Below are positions 56,839 to 64,000 of a stretch of DNA of 64,000 bases, in pieces; the first letter of the stretch is position 1, and the number at the start of each line of letters is the position of its first letter. Origin of the DNA: Minutocellus sp. GHC0000111. Its lineage: Eukaryota. The stretch spans positions 5,084,001 through 5,148,000 of the forward strand of contig OZ361256.1 of assembly GCA_977018835.1 (NCBI GenBank). Direction: 5' to 3'. The notes below the pieces were generated by a model, which had not been told where the DNA came from, did not search any database, and worked only from the letters and a program-made list of their open reading frames with translations. The translations under genes were made by a program, and so were the position numbers.

Positions 56839-58880
56839 TCATTCCTCCGCCTCCTCGTGCTTCCGATCGCATTTCTCGACGTGCTGCTCGACGGGTCCTC
56901 TCTCCGATGCCTTAAGAGGCCTCTTGACATGCGACTTCTTGAGCTTGCACGAGGATCCGGCGCCGCAGACACCTATCAGGATGAATGGAGGGCAGAATTT
57001 ACAGCCATTAATTTCAGGTCTGTCCTCATAGGGCTCGGATTTCTTGCCATGCCGTTTTGCAAAGTTGCCGGGGTTGACATCGAACGTGACGAAGTGTTCG
57101 CACTGGTGGGCTCTGCCGCTGGCGCCGCCCGTCTTTTGCTTCTTTTTCGGACTGGTTCTTGGCTCTGATTTGTCGGAGTCGGAATCCGAGGAAGGGGTGG
57201 GAGCGTCGGCCGATTGGACGAGCTTGATGTGGCTGGGGTAGACGAAAGGATTCTGAGTCTTCATCATCTTTTTGGACTCGTCGGCCATTGAGAAGCAAGA
57301 GAGGTCGTTGCCGGCGTCGTCGGGGGAACGGAGACAAGCTTTCCAGAATGCATGGATGGAGGCGTCGACATTGTGGAACATTGCCAGCCAGAACTTCTCG
57401 CCATGGCTCTCGGCGATGTCGCGGTGCTGGTCCTCGTGTGTCTTCATGTGACTGAGGACCCTGGCAACGTAGCGAGCGGGCAAGGAAGGAAATGCCAGCG
57501 CCGAAGGCCGAGATGTGACGTTTGGCACCGTCGTGCTCGGTTGGGGACCGGCAGTTCTGCTTCAGAAGAGCCTTCACCTGAGTCGAGGTGCATCCTTTCT
57601 CTTGAGAGGCGGCGAGGTGCAGGGGCGCATTGCTGCTGCTGGAGTTTACCGGGCTAAAGGCGAAGACAGAGAAGCCATCGCAGATTTTCTTGTCGCTCTT
57701 CCCGAAGCCAAAGAGGCGGACGCAAGTGGTGAGGCCCTGGAGAGATGTCCTGACTCCGGTCTTGCCCTTTACATGCAGCTCGAGGCCGACGGCTGCTTGC
57801 GTGAGGTTTGACTCTTCCAGCAGTGCTTTCAATCCTTCGGGAAGATTCGAGTCGATCGCTGCTGCATCATCGTCATGCTCGGTCGAGACCCGGCAGAAAG
57901 CGGCACAGGCCTTGAGGATGGCGCCATTCATCGAGTGCTTCTTGTCGACCTTGTCAGTGTAGGCCATGACTGCGCCGGTGAGGGAGGATGCTTCGGACGC
58001 GGCCCTAGTCATGGCGTTGGCCGCGGCAGCAACTAACTGCAGAGTCGGTCGGGGCGCCACCGGCTGGTGGTCCGTCGCCACTGGCGCCAGTGATGTGCCG
58101 AGCTTGCATCTCACGGGCGTGTCTCTTGAGAGCCGGGTCCGTCGTTGGGTGCAAGCTGACGGCCGGGATGTCACCTTGCTCGGACGTGGCGACGAACCAC
58201 AGCCACTTGACGACGTGTTGAACAGCCTCATTGGAGCGAAGACCTGCTGCGCCACCATGACCCTCGTCGTCACCGCTGTCTGATGCGTCGTCGCTGCCGG
58301 CGTCCTCATCCAGCCGACGTTTGATGGCGGACAGGATGGCCCAAGGCGATGCCTCGTGCTCTTCCAGAACATTCTGCAGAATCGAAGGTGGCAGCAGCAC
58401 AAGGGACTTAAACTTCGTGGAGGCACTCCGGTGGCGGGTGTTGGAGCCTTCCTGGGTGAGACCGGTTAGGGCGGCTTCTGACGGTGCCCCCAGCATGGCT
58501 TCCACCGATGGGGCTAGGACCTCCTTGCACCGCAAGAGGCTAGGTTGGGCCAACGACATTGCCGGGGCTACATCGTCGATCCCGAGGAGCCCACCCAACC
58601 TGAGGTCGGGCTGCATGGTGGTGCCTCCCTGAGCCACGGCATGGTGAATCACAACGACTTTCCCTTCTGGATGGTGGGCCAGCATGGACAAACCCTCGGC
58701 GTCGCGGATTTGCTGCTGGATCGCTCGGGCATGGCTCTGGACCACAGCGGCCGTGGGGTCGATTTCACAGACGTTGTCGGCGAGGAATCTCTGGAAATCT
58801 CGAGCTGCGGCGGCGTCGGCCCCGGCCGGCATCTCTTGTGCCAGTGGGACTGACTTCCAGGTGTTGAAAGATGAAGCCAT
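56839..58880 (-). pseudogene. gag-like ORF of the retroelement, frameshifted, with a C-terminal CCCH-like motif
   Basis: Overlapping ORFs 58005-58889, 57026-58426 and 56839-57528, ending in CPPFILIGVCGAGSSCKLKKSH just upstream of RT. Confidence 0.65.
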
Positions 58881-58896
58881 GGTGATCAATGCTCGA

Positions 58897-60480
58897 TCAC
58901 CTTGCCTGTCGCCTTCGGCGTCGGTCCTCTCGGCGCTGGATGTGGTTCAGATCGGCCGTGAGGGTGAGGATGCGGTCGGCGATGTCGGGCTCTCCAAAGG
59001 CGGACAGAAGGATGTTGAATGCCTGACGCGATGGCTCTGATGCCAAAATGTCGGCGGTGATGTCTCGCAGGCGGACAGGTGCCTCGAGATCGTCGGGGCG
59101 CCGGTGAATTGATGCTCTTGGCCAGACGCGGCAGTGGGCACCCTCCCAGCGATTTGGATCGGCCGCATCGTCTAGCCACCTCGGATAGACTCGATGGTAG
59201 GTGCCTGCCCAGCGGTGTGAGGGGGACGCCGTTAGGTCTGCCAGCCTTCCCCAGTGTTCGTACGGGTTGACCTCCACTCGGTGTCCAAGAGGATTGCTGT
59301 CAGGCCGAGTGTGTCGGAGTCGAGCGCTGGTGAGGCTCTCGAATCCACTGTCCCAGTTGATAACAGCTTCAGTGAGTTGGTCCGGTCGTAGGCACTGCCG
59401 TCTCTGGAACGGGTGCGGCGAATCCAGCGGGAACTGGGTGACCAGGGCGAAAGGGCCGATGAGATCTCCTCGCTCCAATGCCACACTGACGCCAGCCCGC
59501 TCGGTTCGGTCGTGTGCGTCACGTGGGTAGAAGAGTGGCCTTGCCTCCCACTCGAAACAAGTGAGCGGCAGCGTTGGTGGAAGCTCGCTCCCCCGTGAAC
59601 CTGTGCAAGCGTGCGGTGTCGGCTCTAGAGGTCTGCCCTCTCTGGCCGCGATGCGCCGTCTTTCTTTTCGGTCGGCCTGGCAGTGGAGGATGCACTGCGT
59701 GAGCCGGCAGAGCTGGGGCCAGATGCAATGGTGTTGCCGCGCTGCTGCTGCCGATGCCTCCGGACACCTTCGCCCCCGACACTGTTGAACCACGACGCCT
59801 CCGTCTGCCCGTGGTAGTCGGCACAGTGCACTGCTCAGGTCCAACTCAGTTGCCGTCTCGTGTGCCCGGCGGATCTCAGGCTCGGTGAGGCGCGTGGCTG
59901 TCAGCCAGATGTTGACGAGGCACGTGGGCCAGTCCGGTGACACCAAGAAGGCTTGTTGCTCGAGGTGCTCGGCGACCAGACCGTGCGCTGCTGGAGCAAG
60001 GTGTGAAACGGCTGCTGCTGGGGATGGCTGGCACCCCGTGGCTCTCGATGGGAGGCAGCCTGTGGCGCGCTCGACGAGATCGGTGAGGTGCTCGGTGACG
60101 TCGATTCGGCCCTCGGCAAAACTTTTCCACCAATCCAGTGCGTCTGTGGTCAGTCTCTCGGACGACGCCCTGGCTGTGAAGAAACTTCTGCGCCCGGGCC
60201 GAATCTGACGTCTGAGTCTGTCCCAGCCTCGTGGAAGGTCAGGAGAGTCTCCTCGGACGATGAGGTCTCTTGCCACTCCGAACAACACGTGATCCAGTTC
60301 CGGTCGATCTGGTTCGGCCATGCACTGTTCTGCCGTCGTAGAGACTGGTGGTGTCGGATCTACGTGCACTGTCAACGGAGCTGAGCCGTGGCCGTTTGAC
60401 TCCGGAGTCGACTGCGGTCTCTGGACTAACAGCAGTGGTGGTGTGTCGGCAACAATTGCGAACTCGCAGAGCAGCACCAA
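58897..60480 (-). CDS. Additional 5' ORF of unknown function inside the retroelement
   Basis: 527-codon frame between the 5' repeat and the gag-like ORF; first ATG at 60321. Confidence 0.5.
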   Translation of the reverse strand: MVLLCEFAIVADTPPLLLVQRPQSTPESNGHGSAPLTVHVDPTPPVSTTAEQCMAEPDRPELDHVLFGVARDLIVRGDSPDLPRGWDRLRRQIRPGRRSFFTARASSERLTTDALDWWKSFAEGRIDVTEHLTDLVERATGCLPSRATGCQPSPAAAVSHLAPAAHGLVAEHLEQQAFLVSPDWPTCLVNIWLTATRLTEPEIRRAHETATELDLSSALCRLPRADGGVVVQQCRGRRCPEASAAAARQHHCIWPQLCRLTQCILHCQADRKERRRIAAREGRPLEPTPHACTGSRGSELPPTLPLTCFEWEARPLFYPRDAHDRTERAGVSVALERGDLIGPFALVTQFPLDSPHPFQRRQCLRPDQLTEAVINWDSGFESLTSARLRHTRPDSNPLGHRVEVNPYEHWGRLADLTASPSHRWAGTYHRVYPRWLDDAADPNRWEGAHCRVWPRASIHRRPDDLEAPVRLRDITADILASEPSRQAFNILLSAFGEPDIADRILTLTADLNHIQRREDRRRRRQAR

Positions 60481-60488
60481 CCTAATGC

Positions 60489-60719
60489 TAAAACTAACTA
60501 ACTACTGAGAGAGAGAGAGACAGGCTCTGGGAGCCGGCACTGCAAGCTGACTTAGCAATTGCAACGGCAGCAATCGCAGATGGTTGTGGCTTGGTCAGTT
60601 GAGACGAGAGGAGGCGAAGGTGGTGGTCAGCAGAAAAACTGGGCACTACAGGAATGCAGTTTTAGTGCCTGCTGCTAACCACCGTCGCCAGCTCATCCCC
60701 ACCGTGCGGTGCCCACAAC
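60489..60719 (-). repeat. Terminal direct repeat (5' copy)
   Basis: 231 bp, matching 52424-52679. Confidence 0.95.
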
Positions 60720-61162
60720 CTCCTTCGTTTCGGAGATCGGCGCAAGCCCTCCACCGGCACTGGACCGGTCGCCTGTCCTTTTGGTCATGTCGACGAGCTA
60801 CCAGCGTAATGGCAACGGCAAGGAGGAAGGGTTGGTGGGGGTGTGCGATAACGAGGTTAGCTGAAGTGGTAGGTTTCGACGCATTTGCCGAGCACCATGG
60901 TGCAATTAATGCGTGCTGCACAGACACTGAGGCCATTCTGGCTGAGTTCTGAGCTGGTGAACGTCTGTCAGTCTTCCGGGGTGGCTACTTTGCTGACTTC
61001 ACGAAAGTTGCTGCTGCCGCGAAGAAGCGGCAAGCAACATAACAAAGCAAAGGGAAGAAATCTAATCGAATCTCCGCTATTGCCGTGAGAGGGCTGAAGT
61101 GCCGCGGCAGCAACAACAAGGGAAGAAATCTAACAAATCGAACCTTTGCATATGCGCTAGCC

Positions 61163-61975
61163 ATGGGTTGCGTAAGTTCCTCCGCAAGGGAGCCTCTAGC
61201 ACCCCCAGTCAAGGAAATTCCAACTCCGGATGAGCTCACAAAGAAATTTGAGTTGGTCAAAGGAGAGCCCGTCTTGCAGCACAATTTCCCAAAGAATGGA
61301 GAGACCATTTCGGCATCTGATGAACAGACGAAGTTCCACATCGACAAGTCCTCCAAAAGTCACACGGGCGCAACGTTCATTGTGTACGACAACGAACTTG
61401 ACGAGGATGGGAACCGTAAGACGTGGAAGAAGCTCTTCGTTCATTCCGTCAAGTATGGTATTGGACCTCGCAAAAGATTGGAAAACATGACTGGTATTTT
61501 CCAGGGTGGCGAGGAAACTCCACCCCTATCCTACTGGGTTTGCGACGCATCAAAGGGGCCGAATCATTTCATGATTTTCCAAGACACCAAGCGGAGTGAA
61601 GCGCAGAAGCCTACCCACTTTCAGGGCAAGGATGGTCATTTTCTGTACCTGTACGCGACTGTTGATTACAATTTGGAGACGACTGTTTGCTCGGTCACAA
61701 TAATGGGGCAAATTCTTTATACGATGCGACAGGCAAATCCGGAGACGTGGATCGTTCACAGAAGAATAAAGAAAGATGGCGGCGAGGCATCGTACGAACC
61801 ATGTGCTCTGTTTGCACAAAGCAAGGGATCCGGAGGCTATCCTCTTGGCAGATATCCTCGAAACGACGTTACAATTTCTCCTGGCCTCGACCCTCTCCTT
61901 ATGATCCACCTTTGCACCATGACAGATTATTTTTACGAAGAATATCTGCGGAAGACAAAGACGAGGTACTACTAG
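61163..61975 (+). CDS. Hypothetical protein with a putative N-acylation motif and a Tubby C/LURP-one-like C-terminus
   Basis: Starts MGCVSSS; ends DVTISPGLDPLLMIHLC. Confidence 0.65.
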   Translation: MGCVSSSAREPLAPPVKEIPTPDELTKKFELVKGEPVLQHNFPKNGETISASDEQTKFHIDKSSKSHTGATFIVYDNELDEDGNRKTWKKLFVHSVKYGIGPRKRLENMTGIFQGGEETPPLSYWVCDASKGPNHFMIFQDTKRSEAQKPTHFQGKDGHFLYLYATVDYNLETTVCSVTIMGQILYTMRQANPETWIVHRRIKKDGGEASYEPCALFAQSKGSGGYPLGRYPRNDVTISPGLDPLLMIHLCTMTDYFYEEYLRKTKTRYY

Positions 61976-62074
61976 AAACCTTAAAAAAACACCGAGCGAG
62001 CGAGAGACAGTTCTCCAACCAAGCAAGCATGCAGAGGAAGTGCCGCGTCACATCATGGCTGTCAACAAACCCTA

Positions 62075-63932
62075 CGAAGTCGTTTCGCGAGAAATCGAGC
62101 GCAGGGTCGGGACCAAAACAGCGACTTTTTGGGCCCGCAACCGCCTGAATCTTAGATCTACCGGCATTGAATACATGTACAATGCAAAGTACATGTATTG
62201 CAGCAGCTAGTATCCAGATCTACAATCCAATCTAGTATTATTAAACACAATATAACTTAAAAGCACCGCAGGACTAATTATCCATGGTTGGATCAGCAGG
62301 AGGAGGAGCGATAATTTTCCCATCTATCCGAACCATGCCATTTTCAGTCGGCCTGAAATCCTTTCGCACCCCAACATGAATGCCTTCACCGTTTCCAAGA
62401 AAATCATTGTTGCCTTTTGCAACGATTACCTTCTTTGCAATTCTATGAGCCTGGATGTATGCCGATGCGATCTTCCAGTTTTCCAGCCCCATCCAAACTT
62501 CCTCCGCTGCATCCCAAGTCTGATCCTCTGTCAAAACCTTCAGCCCCTCCCGATCGCGGCACAACATTGTATGCTGCTTTGACATGCAAGGGAAAACAGA
62601 CAGATCAAGAACATTCATATGGGGCATTTGCGGGGCCTGAGGTTCCCAACGCCATCCCTTGTCCCGACAGTATCCTTCCACATATTCCACAAATTCAGTC
62701 TCGGCATGGGGCCCAGCATTGTCGCCCTGGAAAATAGGGACATAGCCTTCAAACTTTCCACCAGGTCCGACCAAAGCCTCAACATCCGGAAACATCTTGT
62801 TCTCAAATAAAGCTTTCAGTGGGAACTTGGGATTATCAAGGGTGCCATGGCTGCATCCAGTCACCGCGCAATCCACAAGGTGTAGATCGTCTTTCTTCCG
62901 AACCACCGGGCCGCAATATTTGATTCTACCATCTGCCTGCCGCACCGCCTCCCTTACCATCTGCCTCGCAATTTTATGCGCCTGAGCCCGAAAAAGTCCA
63001 AGCTTGAACGCAATGCCGCCATTCTCAATGCTGTCAATAAAAGCCAAGGCAGTGACAGCCACCACCATGCACTTGTTGATGTGATTTCGGTGATATGCCG
63101 AGAAGGACCGAGGATCAATACCCAATTCTGCAACTTGCTTGGCATGCGATCGAAGAACCAAGCCCCAAAACCACTTCTCATCGAACATAACAAGGAGAAA
63201 CTTGCCACCGCCGAGCCCCCAATTGTTTCGGAATTTCCGCGCAAATGCCAAATGTTTCTCCATCTGATGTGTAGTAAGGAGAGGGATGATCCTTTCGGCA
63301 TAGTACCGGAACCCTTCCCGCGACATTATCCACCGCCGTATTGCCGAGTAGGAACACCAAAAGTTGACATCCACCTCCAGCTCCCGCCAAGATTCCCGAG
63401 GATTTCGTATCAGAGCATCAACAATAACATCTCGAATGTATGGCTGCATAGCCAGATGAGATCTCCTCTTCATCTCCCACATCGCCTTCTCAGATGCAGG
63501 TAGAGCACCATACGCCTTCATCCATCCCGAAAATCGTGCACCATGCTCTGCGCTGGACAGCACCGAATAGTCCACCTTTGCCTGCTCCCTGCACTTGGCA
63601 ATTGCAAAGAGACATGGTGCAGTATACCGCCGGGTCGCCGTTGCAAGATCGTCGATGACAGAACGGAAGGCGGCCGAATCAGATGAATCATCGGCACTCG
63701 TTGGGAAGCAGTATGCCGGTCCAACCAAGTGCGACGAACGCGTCCATTTGATTAGAGCCGCTGAAATCTAAAGTCTTATCCGAATTATTGTTTCACATGA
63801 AGATAAATCAAAATTAGAGTAAAAATAGCCATTTTCTTAAATATTTCAGCATGACTATTCTTCGAGGCTCTTTTCAATCCCCTCGAAAGCAGTCAAAAAC
63901 CGGGCGCTCGATTTCTCGCGAATCTGACCTCG
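62075..63932 (-). mobile_element. Tc1/mariner-superfamily DNA transposon, internally deleted, with TA target duplication
   Basis: TA|CGAAGTCGTTTCGCGAGAAATCGAGCGC ... GCGCTCGATTTCTCGCGAATCTGACCTCG|TA, an imperfect TIR of about 29 bp. Confidence 0.92.
62274..63728 (-). CDS. Mariner-type transposase, DD38D triad, 5' end missing
   Basis: FDEKWF, QGDNAGPH and PHMNVLDLSVF, with 38 residues between the second and third Asp. No ATG between the upstream stop (63768-63770) and the track's TTG start. Confidence 0.88.
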   Translation of the reverse strand: MVGPAYCFPTSADDSSDSAAFRSVIDDLATATRRYTAPCLFAIAKCREQAKVDYSVLSSAEHGARFSGWMKAYGALPASEKAMWEMKRRSHLAMQPYIRDVIVDALIRNPRESWRELEVDVNFWCSYSAIRRWIMSREGFRYYAERIIPLLTTHQMEKHLAFARKFRNNWGLGGGKFLLVMFDEKWFWGLVLRSHAKQVAELGIDPRSFSAYHRNHINKCMVVAVTALAFIDSIENGGIAFKLGLFRAQAHKIARQMVREAVRQADGRIKYCGPVVRKKDDLHLVDCAVTGCSHGTLDNPKFPLKALFENKMFPDVEALVGPGGKFEGYVPIFQGDNAGPHAETEFVEYVEGYCRDKGWRWEPQAPQMPHMNVLDLSVFPCMSKQHTMLCRDREGLKVLTEDQTWDAAEEVWMGLENWKIASAYIQAHRIAKKVIVAKGNNDFLGNGEGIHVGVRKDFRPTENGMVRIDGKIIAPPPADPTMDN

Positions 63933-64000
63933 TACATGTAATAGATCAAGATATTGTTTGCAGTTTTCTAGAGTTAGATATTGATAAGGTCACAGTACGG

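Larger units (their letters stand above)
52424..60719 (-). mobile_element. Tyrosine-recombinase retrotransposon (Ngaro/DIRS order), full length but mutationally inactivated
   Basis: Direct terminal repeats 52424-52679 and 60489-60719. Internal order on the minus strand is ORF1, gag-like, RT-RNase H, overlapping YR. No target-site duplication seen. Confidence 0.93.

Noticed and set aside
53547..57168. Long plus-strand ORFs antisense to the retroelement (e.g. 54398-55501, 56114-57031)
   Set aside because: Explained by high GC and by loss of TAA/TAG stops through TpA depletion; no protein-like features.
52424..60719. Alternative genetic code or programmed recoding to explain the missing Tyr
   Set aside because: The terminal repeats show the same TA changes outside the element's genes, and the element also has frameshifts, so mutation is the simpler explanation.

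Overview
Gene-dense eukaryotic nuclear DNA, most likely from a diatom: it has short GT-AG introns, bipartite plastid presequences with an ASAF-type motif, a diatom-type HSF, and a KxxK/RxL secreted protein. Host genes include tRNA-Ala(AGC), LST8, a GGCT-like protein, a plastid-targeted SET protein, HSF, TBCD, a mucin-like secreted protein, an LRR/RanBP2/R3H/CCCH protein, ZNHIT2-like, a knottin-repeat protein, a CTL/SLC44 transporter, NDUFS5, plastid L28, PPR, Rab, LSM8, UBL5, ASDURF-like, SSRP1, a DMT transporter and FBXO9-like. Several genes carry single-base frameshifts, often in homopolymers, which are probably assembly errors. Mobile DNA comprises an 8.3 kb tyrosine-recombinase (Ngaro/DIRS-type) retrotransposon with direct terminal repeats (52424-60719), a TA-flanked mariner-type DD38D element (62075-63932), and nested ends of the same family near 32.5 kb. 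The headline observation is that the retrotransposon has been almost stripped of TpA dinucleotides. Every substitution between its two terminal repeats is TA>CA or TA>TG, its RT/RNase H contains no tyrosine (YIDD>CIDD, recombinase catalytic Y>C), and the surviving TpAs lie mostly in CTA/TAG contexts. This looks like a context-specific, both-strand A>G hypermutation of repeats, the reverse of fungal RIP. I do not know of a described mechanism for it.
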